A stretch of 64,000 bases of DNA. Origin: Candidatus Methanophagales archaeon. Its GTDB lineage: Archaea > Halobacteriota > Syntropharchaeia > Alkanophagales > Methanospirareceae. Position 1 is the first letter of the stretch, and every line of letters starts with the position of its first letter. Location: positions 14,893 to 78,892 of the forward strand of contig JAFNKG010000001.1 in the NCBI GenBank assembly GCA_017883965.1. The letters are read 5' to 3'. Position numbers and translations under genes: made by a program. Below are positions 1-7,945 of the stretch, one piece after another. Under the pieces are notes generated by a model that worked only from the letters and a program-made list of their open reading frames with translations, had not been told where the DNA came from and did no database searches.

Positions 1-206
1 TGGCAAGTATAGGTTCAGAAGAGATGGAAAAGGTAATAGATAAGGTAATAAAAGAGTATAAAAAGGGTGCTGTTGAGGATTACAAAGTGGGTAAAAAGGA
101 AGCGTTGAATTTCCTCGTCGGGCAGGTGATGAAGCATACGCGCGGGAGAGCGGAGCCAAAAGAAGTTCGTAGGTTGCTGGTGGGAAAAATAGAGAGTGAA
201 TTTTAG
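1..206 (+). CDS. C-terminal fragment of a GatB/YqeY-domain protein (Asp/Glu-tRNA amidotransferase subunit B C-terminus); the 5' end lies outside the window
   Basis: Frame is open from the window edge. The translation ...[34 protein letters not shown] matches the GatB/YqeY C-terminal domain. Confidence 0.55.
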   Translation, partial: ASIGSEEMEKVIDKVIKEYKKGAVEDYKVGKKEALNFLVGQVMKHTRGRAEPKEVRRLLVGKIESEF

Positions 207-210
207 TAGT

Positions 211-1215
211 TTATAAAACATTTACTCTCCTTAGCCCTTCATCATCCGCATACCGCTCTATCAACGGTCTTATCTCTTCGCTATACCACCCTTTCTTAAT
301 AAACTCTGGATAGATGGGCAACCTTTCCCTTAATTCAAAAGGTGCAACAATTCTTCTCAGTTCTTCCTCTCCTGGCCAGGGCGATTCGGGATTTATGTAA
401 TCCTGCGTTTTCTTTGATATTCCACCCAGGTCTGATGCGCCAAGTTCTATTAATGCCTTAGGCGAAGTCAAATTTGGTGGAACCTGTATCGCTATTTCTT
501 CTGGCAATATCTCTCTCGCCGCAAGCACAACTTCCTTCATCTCCTCGAAAACTGGCGGTTTTTTGTTCCACATCGGCGTTAACGGCTTAGGGAAGAAAGG
601 CTGGATAATAATTTCTTGTATGTGCCTGTATTTCTCGTGTAGCGATTTTATAGCAGCCAAAGAGCGGATGCGGTCTTCTTTCTCTTCTCCGATGCCCACT
701 AATATGCCAGTGGTAAAAGGAATTTTGAGTTTACCCGCCTCTTCTATCAGTTCCAATCGTTCCTTTGGGTCTTTCCCGGGTGATTTCTTATGCGCTTCGA
801 GCTCTGCGGTGGTTTCGAGCATCAAGCCCATTGATGCATTTACATCTCGTAACTCCTTTAACTCCTCCTTACTCAGCACACCCAGATTGCAGTGAGGAAG
901 TAATCCGTGCTTAATCGCCATTTTGCATAGCTCTTTCGTGTATTCAACGAGAGAGGAACATCCCAAACCAGTTTCGATAAGCCGGTTTTTGAAGAAAGGA
1001 GAAAGATTTGCGAGTTCTGGCTTCTCGCCAGTCGTGAAAAGAGCTTCTGTTGCAGTTCCCTTATTATTTACAAGATTTAAAAATTCTTTCACGCCTACTA
1101 CGTATGCATCCTCGTGGCTGCGAGCTCTAAACCCGCAGTAGTCGCAGGCATTCCTGCATACGTTCGTCACGGGGATGAAAATGTTTTTGGAGAAGGTGAT
1201 GTATTTATTTTTCAT
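211..1215 (-). CDS. cofG: 7,8-didemethyl-8-hydroxy-5-deazariboflavin (FO) synthase subunit CofG, radical SAM
   Basis: 334 aa. N-terminus ITFSKNIFIPVTNVCRNACDYCGF carries the CxxxCxxC radical-SAM motif in a CofG-typical context. Confidence 0.85.
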   Translation of the reverse strand: MKNKYITFSKNIFIPVTNVCRNACDYCGFRARSHEDAYVVGVKEFLNLVNNKGTATEALFTTGEKPELANLSPFFKNRLIETGLGCSSLVEYTKELCKMAIKHGLLPHCNLGVLSKEELKELRDVNASMGLMLETTAELEAHKKSPGKDPKERLELIEEAGKLKIPFTTGILVGIGEEKEDRIRSLAAIKSLHEKYRHIQEIIIQPFFPKPLTPMWNKKPPVFEEMKEVVLAAREILPEEIAIQVPPNLTSPKALIELGASDLGGISKKTQDYINPESPWPGEEELRRIVAPFELRERLPIYPEFIKKGWYSEEIRPLIERYADDEGLRRVNVL

Positions 1216-1348
1216 TTCCTTATTCTTGATATTAATTCAAGGAAAGATAATCCGCACTTTTGGGGTATGATATGTCCTTATAAAATGATAAGATAAAAAT
1301 CAACAAAGTATAAATAAAATCACAAATCAACCTAAAGTAGGCGAGAAG

Positions 1349-2206
1349 ATGAAAATAATAGGTGGAATGTCTGCACAGGTTTTGGCTGCGAGAATCGCGA
1401 AAGAGCTGGGCTGTAAAGCTTCATTATGTGAGTTCAAAAAGTTCCCCGATGGCGAATTATATACGAGAGTGGTGGACGATATAAAAGACGAAGAAGTAAC
1501 CATCGTGCAGAGCATTATAGCAGATTCCGATCTGGTATGCTTGCTGCAGTTGATAGATGCGGTGGAAGAAGCGAGTGAAACAAAAGTTGTCATCCCTTAT
1601 CTGGGGTATGCGAGACAGGATAAGAGGTTTAAACCCGGCGAGCCGATAAGTGCAAGGGCAATTGCAAGGAGCATAAGCTTTGCTGGCATCGTTGATAAGA
1701 TATACGTGGTTAACGTGCATAATAAAGCCGTAGTGGAGTATTTTGATGTAGATACAAAGGAGCTGGATGCTTCTTCTTTAATCGGTGATTGCATAGCGAA
1801 AAAGGAAATAACGCATCCGGTGATAATAGGACCTGACGAAGGTGCTAAGGAGTTAGCGAAAGCAGTTGCTGCTCCTCATGGCTTCGATTATGACGTGCTG
1901 GAGAAGAGGAGGATAAGCGGCGATGAAGTGCGTATAAACCCGAAAGAGGTAAGCGTGGAAGGAAAGAACATTGTCATCGTGGACGATATTATTTCCACTG
2001 GCGGCACAATAGCAGAAGCGGCTTCTATGCTAAAAGCACGGGGTGTGAACGAAATTTATGTCGCATGCATACATGGACTTTTTGTGCAAAATGCAGCCCT
2101 GCGGATACTCAATGCTGGCGTCGAAGAGATAATCGCAACAGATACGATAGAATCTGTTTTTAGTGCGATAAGTGCAGCGAAGATGGTTGCAGAAGAGCTG
2201 CGCTGA
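1349..2206 (+). CDS. prs: ribose-phosphate pyrophosphokinase
   Basis: 285 aa. Shows a Prs-type PRPP-binding region (IVIVDDIISTGGT) and typical overall layout. Confidence 0.85.
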   Translation: MKIIGGMSAQVLAARIAKELGCKASLCEFKKFPDGELYTRVVDDIKDEEVTIVQSIIADSDLVCLLQLIDAVEEASETKVVIPYLGYARQDKRFKPGEPISARAIARSISFAGIVDKIYVVNVHNKAVVEYFDVDTKELDASSLIGDCIAKKEITHPVIIGPDEGAKELAKAVAAPHGFDYDVLEKRRISGDEVRINPKEVSVEGKNIVIVDDIISTGGTIAEAASMLKARGVNEIYVACIHGLFVQNAALRILNAGVEEIIATDTIESVFSAISAAKMVAEELR

Positions 2207-2216
2207 AAAGGTGAAA

Positions 2217-3692
2217 TTATCCCTCGCCGAAGAATCGCCTCATCGCTGGATACATCTCCATCATCTGCTCTGATGCCACGTCCTCATAAAGCCGGTAAGC
2301 AATGCTAACTGCCAGAAGTAAACCAGTGCCTGATGCACCTCCAAGTGTGCCCAGCATATCAGAAAATACGCACAAAACACCCAAAATAGCACCCCCCATT
2401 AGCGCTATTTTCGGTATATATCCCTCCATCATACTCTCTATCGTTGCCGGGCTCCTGCGATGCCCCGGTATTTGTAGCCCTGAGCGATGTATCTGCGATG
2501 CTACATCCTTCGCTCCCATTCCGGTCGTATTTATCCAGAATAGAGCGAATACCGCCCCACCTATGACCATAAAAGAAAGGTCAACAGCCAATCTCGTGGC
2601 AACTTGCCAACCCGCATAAGGTATTGTCATAAGCCCCGGGAACCAATCCCAGGGACCATACATGGGGTCGAGATAATACACCAAGCCTGATGCCGCAGTT
2701 CCGTATTCATCATACGTTCCGAATATAGTAATTCCACGGGAATGAAGCATTCGTCCAAAGCCCTGTATGCTCGCCTGCATCGCTCTCACGAGAATCATCG
2801 GAAGCACACTTGCGTATAACAGCTTAATTGGGAACCTGCCACGAGCACCTCTTGCCATCGAATGCGCTAACGGTATCTCTAAACGAGTGCTTTCGAGGTA
2901 AACAACGAGGAAAAAAACTCCGATAGTTGTTATAAGTGCGATTATGTGATGCTGGAAAAGAAAAACCATTCCTCCTTCCAATATCTCGTATGCGGGTACT
3001 TGCAACGGCGAACCCGGCAATAGTAACTGAATCCATCTGGGTATTACACCCACTGCCAATCCGAACTCGTCTGGCATCCAACCTATAAGCCCGGTAATTA
3101 ATTGTTTAGAGACACCCGCGATGATGAACAACGAAACGCCTGACCCTATTCCCCATTTTGATACCACCTCATCCATGAAGTATATAAGCATCCCGCCGAT
3201 GAAGATTTGAATGAAGAGCAGGAACGAGATGACCTGCAAAGATACACCGAGTTTATCTGCTATTCCCTGGTCAGGCACATAAAAGCCCACAACGTATGTC
3301 AAACTGATAAAAACCGAAAAGACCAAAACGAGCAGTTTCTGTAGGTTCTGATAAAACGCCTGGTCGCGGGGGTCGCTCAAGTTCAATTTTATTATTCCCG
3401 CGCCAACCAGAAGCTGTAAGACAATGGAAGCATCAACAATTGGCATGATTCCGAGAGCAGTTAATGTATATGTTTCACCCGCAAAAATTGCACGCCATCT
3501 ACCGAAAATATCTATTGATTGCTCAACATCCATCCCAAAGAGATAAACATTGCCAAGTGCGAAAAAGAGAACGAGTATGGCAATAGTCCAGCCTAACTTC
3601 GCTTTAAAATGAACGTGCCACCCAGGGCGTTCAACCATGGGGAATTTACTTAAAATCGGTGTTAATGCATCTCTTAATCTTATCTCGTTCAT
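2217..3692 (-). CDS. secY: preprotein translocase subunit SecY
   Basis: 491 aa polytopic membrane protein. Contains the SecY signature GIMPIVDASIVLQLL and sits directly downstream of rpl15, as in archaeal ribosomal operons. Confidence 0.9.
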   Translation of the reverse strand: MNEIRLRDALTPILSKFPMVERPGWHVHFKAKLGWTIAILVLFFALGNVYLFGMDVEQSIDIFGRWRAIFAGETYTLTALGIMPIVDASIVLQLLVGAGIIKLNLSDPRDQAFYQNLQKLLVLVFSVFISLTYVVGFYVPDQGIADKLGVSLQVISFLLFIQIFIGGMLIYFMDEVVSKWGIGSGVSLFIIAGVSKQLITGLIGWMPDEFGLAVGVIPRWIQLLLPGSPLQVPAYEILEGGMVFLFQHHIIALITTIGVFFLVVYLESTRLEIPLAHSMARGARGRFPIKLLYASVLPMILVRAMQASIQGFGRMLHSRGITIFGTYDEYGTAASGLVYYLDPMYGPWDWFPGLMTIPYAGWQVATRLAVDLSFMVIGGAVFALFWINTTGMGAKDVASQIHRSGLQIPGHRRSPATIESMMEGYIPKIALMGGAILGVLCVFSDMLGTLGGASGTGLLLAVSIAYRLYEDVASEQMMEMYPAMRRFFGEG

Positions 3693-4118
3693 CTATGCAA
3701 TACTCACCACACCACCTGCACTTTCTATTTTCTCCCTCGCTGTTTTTGATACTTTGTTCGCTTTGAGCATCAGCGTCTTCGTTACTTTTCCCTTGCCCAA
3801 TATTTTTTGTATGCCGAGCTCGGTTGCATCGAGAAAAATGCCATCCGCTTTCTCTTCCGCTTTTCCTTCTTCTATCAGCTCTTTCAGCATCTCCTCCAGT
3901 TCACCTACATTCACCGCCGTATCGGCACTGCGATTTTGGAGAGGTAATTGTGATTTGTTTTTTCCCTTTCTTATACCCTTTTTCAAAGACCGGACGATGT
4001 GATGTGTGTATGCGCCTGCGTTACCGACACCACCTCTGCTTCCTTTTCCTCTTCTCTTCTTACTTGAGCCGCCACCGCAGGTTCTTGTCCCTCTTATCCT
4101 TTTTATCCTCTTTTTCAT
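3693..4118 (-). CDS. rpl15: 50S ribosomal protein L15 (uL15)
   Basis: 141 aa. Basic and Gly-rich N-terminus (RTCGGGSSKKRRGKGSRGG). Abuts secY. Confidence 0.85.
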   Translation of the reverse strand: MKKRIKRIRGTRTCGGGSSKKRRGKGSRGGVGNAGAYTHHIVRSLKKGIRKGKNKSQLPLQNRSADTAVNVGELEEMLKELIEEGKAEEKADGIFLDATELGIQKILGKGKVTKTLMLKANKVSKTAREKIESAGGVVSIA

Positions 4119-4220
4119 AAATGTATGCAGACCCCCATCTTATCTTACCAGCAGTTTATAAACTATGTTTATATATACTTTACTTTTTATACCACAACAA
4201 TAGAATAGTATAGTTTACTT

Positions 4221-4230
4221 CATATTTAAA
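4221..4230 (+). promoter_or_regulatory. candidate archaeal TATA box upstream of tbp
   Basis: The AT-rich sequence catatttaaa lies about 20-25 nt upstream of a GGAGG ribosome-binding site and the tbp ATG at 4248. Confidence 0.3.
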
Positions 4231-4247
4231 ATGGAGGATTGAAAGGG

Positions 4248-4799
4248 ATGACAGAAATAGACATAAAAATAGAAAATGTAGTAGCGAATGCTAGGATTGC
4301 GAATAACCTGGACCTGGAATACATCGAATCGAGGTTAGAGGAAGCGATGTTTACGAAAAAGAAGTTCCCTGGTCTGGTGTACAGGACAAGAGAGCCAAGG
4401 TCCGCTTTTCTTATCTTTCGTTCCGGTAAAGTGGTGTGCACAGGGTCGAAGACTGAAAAGGGTGTGCGAGAGGTGATAGACAAGCTTGCTGCCGACCTCA
4501 GAGGCATAGGTATAGAAGTGGAGGAGCATCCAGACTTTAAAGTGCAAAATATCGTTGCTTCTGCCAATCTTGGAAGAGAACTCAACCTCGGGGCTATCGT
4601 GGTGGGGTTAGAGCTCGAAGGCATGGAGTACGAGCCAGAGGTTTTTCCGGGGTTGGTGTATAGAATAGACGAACCAAGGAGTGCTATACTGATATTCAGC
4701 TCTGGACGGTTGGTCATAACCGGGGGAAAGACACTGGAGGATTGTGAAAAGTCCGTGCAGGTATTGCTGGACAAATTAAGGAACTTAGAGTTGATTTAG
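4248..4799 (+). CDS. tbp: TATA-box binding protein
   Basis: Two TBP repeats are visible (FPGLVYRTREPRSAFLIFRSGKVVCTGSK and FPGLVYRIDEPRSAILIFSSGRLVITGGK). An ATG at 4248 follows a GGAGG motif. The ORF track start at 4239 is TTG. Confidence 0.9.
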   Translation: MTEIDIKIENVVANARIANNLDLEYIESRLEEAMFTKKKFPGLVYRTREPRSAFLIFRSGKVVCTGSKTEKGVREVIDKLAADLRGIGIEVEEHPDFKVQNIVASANLGRELNLGAIVVGLELEGMEYEPEVFPGLVYRIDEPRSAILIFSSGRLVITGGKTLEDCEKSVQVLLDKLRNLELI

Positions 4800-4808
4800 A
4801 AGTTTAAA

Positions 4809-5225
4809 ATGGAGCCGAAAATAGTGGCGTTTTGCTGTAATTGGTGCTCTTACGCAGGCGCAGACCTTGCGGGTGTATCTCGCTATCAATATCCCGCGGC
4901 TGTGCGAATATTAAGGGTAATGTGTTCCGGAAGAGTAGAACCCGTTTTCATATTCGATGCGTTTAAAAATGGCGCTGACGGCGTCATCGTCACTGGTTGC
5001 CACCCGGGTGAATGCCATTACGTCTCTGGTAACCTGAATGCGGAGAAGAGGGTGGAAAATACGAGGAAAGCGTTGGAGTATTTAGGACTTGGAGCAGAAC
5101 GGCTTCGTCTGAAATGGATATCCGCATCAGAGGGGTTGAAGTTTGCAGAGGTGATGCGAGAGTTTACAGAGGAAATAAAGGCGTTGGGACCTTCCCCGAT
5201 AAAGTCTCGTATGAGTGTGAAATAA
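4809..5225 (+). CDS. mvhD: methyl-viologen-reducing hydrogenase delta subunit MvhD
   Basis: 138 aa. N-terminus IVAFCCNWCSYAGADLAGVSRYQYP is typical of MvhD. It lies directly upstream of hdrA. Confidence 0.85.
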   Translation: MEPKIVAFCCNWCSYAGADLAGVSRYQYPAAVRILRVMCSGRVEPVFIFDAFKNGADGVIVTGCHPGECHYVSGNLNAEKRVENTRKALEYLGLGAERLRLKWISASEGLKFAEVMREFTEEIKALGPSPIKSRMSVK

Positions 5226-5257
5226 TAAACCTTCTTTTTACAAAGCAAAAATATAAA

Positions 5258-7246
5258 ATGGAGAAAAAGGAGAAGGTGAACGAAGGTGAAGAAAGGATAG
5301 GGGTGTTTGTATGCCGATGCGGCGTGAACATAGGTGGAGTTGTAGATTGTGATGAGGTAGCGAGATATGCAGCGACGCTACCCGGAGTGGTTTGCGTATC
5401 CGTGAACAAGTTCACGTGTTCTGATTCGGGACAGGCGGACATACAGGAGCATATTCGTAAATATAATTTGAATCGAGTGGTAGTTGCGGCATGCACACCA
5501 AAGACACACGAGCCTACTTTTAGAGTATGTTGTGAGGAAGCAGGGGTGAATCAGTATCTTTTTGAGTTCGTTAACATCCGCGACCAGTGTAGCTGGATGC
5601 ATATATGGGACCATGAGGGCGCAACGAAGAAGGCGAAGGATTTAGTTCGGATGGGTGTTTATCGTGCTAAGCTGTTAGAGCCACTGGAGGAATCAGAAGT
5701 TGCAGTGGACCAGAATGCAGTGGTTATAGGCGCTGGAGTTGCGGGGATGCAAGCGGCAATGGACCTCGGGGACATGGGGTTCCATGTCTATTTAGTGGAG
5801 AAGGAGCCTTCGATTGGAGGAAGGATGGCTCGTTTTGACAAGGTATTTCCAACGAATGACTGCTCTATCTGCATCTTAGGACCGAAGATGGTGGAAGTAG
5901 CACGTAACGAGAACATCGAGATAATGTCGTATTCAGAGGTAGTGGAGGTGAAAGGGTTCGTGGGTAATTTTGAAGCCACGATAGAGCACAAGCCCAGATA
6001 TATAGATGTGGATAAATGCACGGGGTGTGCGCAGTGTGTGGAGAAATGTCCGGTAGAAGTGCCATACGACTTCAACGAAGGTTTTGGGACTCGAAGAGCG
6101 GCATACGTACCTTTTCCTCAGGCTGTTCCGCTCCGCGGGGTAATAGATCTGGAAAATTGTTTGAGAAGCGAAGGTAAGGAGTGCAAAGCCTGTATAAAAG
6201 CATGTGAGCGCGATGCGATTGATTTCTCGCAGGAGAAAAAATATAGTAAGGTGAAGGCGGGTGTGATAATAGTAGCGCCGGGGTTCGTAACGTATGACCC
6301 TGAGCCAGGAAACGATTATGGATATGGGATGGATGACAACGTAATAACGACGATGGAATTTGAGCGGCTTTTGAATGCCGCTGGTCCAACAGAAGGGCAT
6401 GTTATAAGACCATCAGATTGTAAGGAGCCCATGCGGCTGGGGTTCATCAATTGTGTTGGTTCTCGTGACGTTAAAACGAACGTTCATTGCTCTGGTGGTG
6501 TCTGCTGTATGTTTAACATGAAGAATGCGATTCTATTGAAGGAGAAGCGACCGGAGATTTCGTGCTATCTATTTTATATGGATATAAGAGCACCGTTCAG
6601 AGGTTATGAGGAGTTTTACAACCGAGCAAGGGAGCTTGGCATAAGATTCGTCCGGGGAAGACCTTCGGAGGTAATAGAGAAGGAGAACGGGAATTTGGTG
6701 ATAAGAGCAGAGGACACATTGAAAGGCGTAGTAAGGAATATAGAAGTGGATTTAGTGGTTCTTGGCACGGGTATTGTGCCGCATTCGGATATAGAAAAAT
6801 TATCGAAGATGTTGAAGATACCACGCGCTGCGGATGGGCTGCTTATGGAAGCACATCCTAAATTGGGGCCTGTGGATACGGTATTAGGGGGCGTATTCGT
6901 TGCCGGTGGTGCATCAGGTCCGAAGGACATACCGCTTTCTGTTGCGCAGGGCAGTGGTGCGGCAGCAAGAGCCGCGAGATTGCTCGTTACTGGAAAAGCG
7001 AAAATAGAAGGAATAACCGCAGCTTCGGATACGGAACGATGCATAGGATGTTCATTATGCGTGGATGTTTGCCCTTATGCTGCATTGACATTGGATGAGA
7101 AAGAGAACAGGGTGATGGTTGTTGAGGCGATCTGCAAAGGTTGTGGCACCTGTGCGGCATCATGTCCCGTGGGTGCGATGGAGCAGAGGCATTTTAAAAC
7201 CGAGCAGGTAGAAGCGCAAGTGAAGAACTTGTTTGCGCTTACGTAA
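5258..7246 (+). CDS. hdrA: heterodisulfide reductase subunit A (FAD and Fe-S flavoprotein)
   Basis: N-terminal Cys cluster (VFVCRCGVNIGG), FAD motif VIGAGVAGMQAA, inserted and C-terminal 2x[4Fe-4S] motifs. Start chosen at the ATG at 5258, after the mvhD stop. Confidence 0.9.
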   Translation: MEKKEKVNEGEERIGVFVCRCGVNIGGVVDCDEVARYAATLPGVVCVSVNKFTCSDSGQADIQEHIRKYNLNRVVVAACTPKTHEPTFRVCCEEAGVNQYLFEFVNIRDQCSWMHIWDHEGATKKAKDLVRMGVYRAKLLEPLEESEVAVDQNAVVIGAGVAGMQAAMDLGDMGFHVYLVEKEPSIGGRMARFDKVFPTNDCSICILGPKMVEVARNENIEIMSYSEVVEVKGFVGNFEATIEHKPRYIDVDKCTGCAQCVEKCPVEVPYDFNEGFGTRRAAYVPFPQAVPLRGVIDLENCLRSEGKECKACIKACERDAIDFSQEKKYSKVKAGVIIVAPGFVTYDPEPGNDYGYGMDDNVITTMEFERLLNAAGPTEGHVIRPSDCKEPMRLGFINCVGSRDVKTNVHCSGGVCCMFNMKNAILLKEKRPEISCYLFYMDIRAPFRGYEEFYNRARELGIRFVRGRPSEVIEKENGNLVIRAEDTLKGVVRNIEVDLVVLGTGIVPHSDIEKLSKMLKIPRAADGLLMEAHPKLGPVDTVLGGVFVAGGASGPKDIPLSVAQGSGAAARAARLLVTGKAKIEGITAASDTERCIGCSLCVDVCPYAALTLDEKENRVMVVEAICKGCGTCAASCPVGAMEQRHFKTEQVEAQVKNLFALT

Positions 7247-7273
7247 AGGAAGATCGAACTATTTATTGTTTAA

Positions 7274-7558
7274 ATGAAGATTGAAGGAATAATATGGCTC
7301 AGAGACGTTGTGGACAAGCTTGCTCTTAAACATCATGTTGAAACTCATGAGGTTGAGGAAGTGCTCAGTGGCAAACCTAAATTTCGCTTTGTTGAGAAAG
7401 GGGAACGAGAAGGTGAAGGTGTATACTTAGCTTTGGGACAAACTAGCGCAGGGCGATATTTGTCTGTACTTTTTATTTATAAAAGGACAAAAGAAGTATT
7501 AATATTAAGTGCCAGAGACATGGCAAGAAAAGAGAGGAGGCAATATGACAAAAAGTAA
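7274..7558 (+). CDS. BrnT-like (DUF497) toxin of a type II toxin-antitoxin pair
   Basis: 94 aa. Shows IIWLRDVVDKLALKHHV near the N-terminus and ILSARDMARKERRQY near the C-terminus, as in the BrnT family. Overlaps the downstream antitoxin-like gene. Confidence 0.6.
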   Translation: MKIEGIIWLRDVVDKLALKHHVETHEVEEVLSGKPKFRFVEKGEREGEGVYLALGQTSAGRYLSVLFIYKRTKEVLILSARDMARKERRQYDKK

Positions 7559-7808
7559 ATCTAAAAACCTGCCACGTTTTGGGTCTCTTGATGAACTTGT
7601 AAACTTCTTTGATACCCATGACCTAGGTGAATACTGGAGTGAGATGCCCGATGCCCACTTCGAAGTGGATATCAAGAGAAAGACACATCTCTTTGCTATT
7701 GACACTGAACTTGCTAATAAATTGACAGAAATTGCCAAAAACAGAGAAATCTCTTCTGAAGCACTTATCAATACTTGGTTGAAAGAGAAAATTCAGGAAC
7801 AGATGTAG
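7545..7808 (+). CDS. BrnA-like antitoxin
   Basis: Starts at an ATG after a GAGAGGAGG motif and overlaps the brnT-like 3' end by 14 nt. Small acidic protein matching the BrnA pattern (LPRFGSLDELVNFFDTHDLGEYW). Confidence 0.55.
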   Translation: MTKSKSKNLPRFGSLDELVNFFDTHDLGEYWSEMPDAHFEVDIKRKTHLFAIDTELANKLTEIAKNREISSEALINTWLKEKIQEQM

Positions 7809-7945
7809 AGGGTAGAGGCAAAGTGGCAGAATTTTTAGCAAGGTTGGCAAAGGTAAACCCTGATAAGGATACTGGATGGATAATTAAAAATTTTTAATTG
7901 ATGGAAGAAGTAAAAGATTAGAAGAGGAGTTGAGTATATGATGAG

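Noticed and set aside
5258-7246. Selenocysteine or pyrrolysine recoding in hdrA or other redox genes
   Set aside because: No in-frame TGA or TAG interrupts any of the hdrA-like or cdhA ORFs. The ORFs are continuous.
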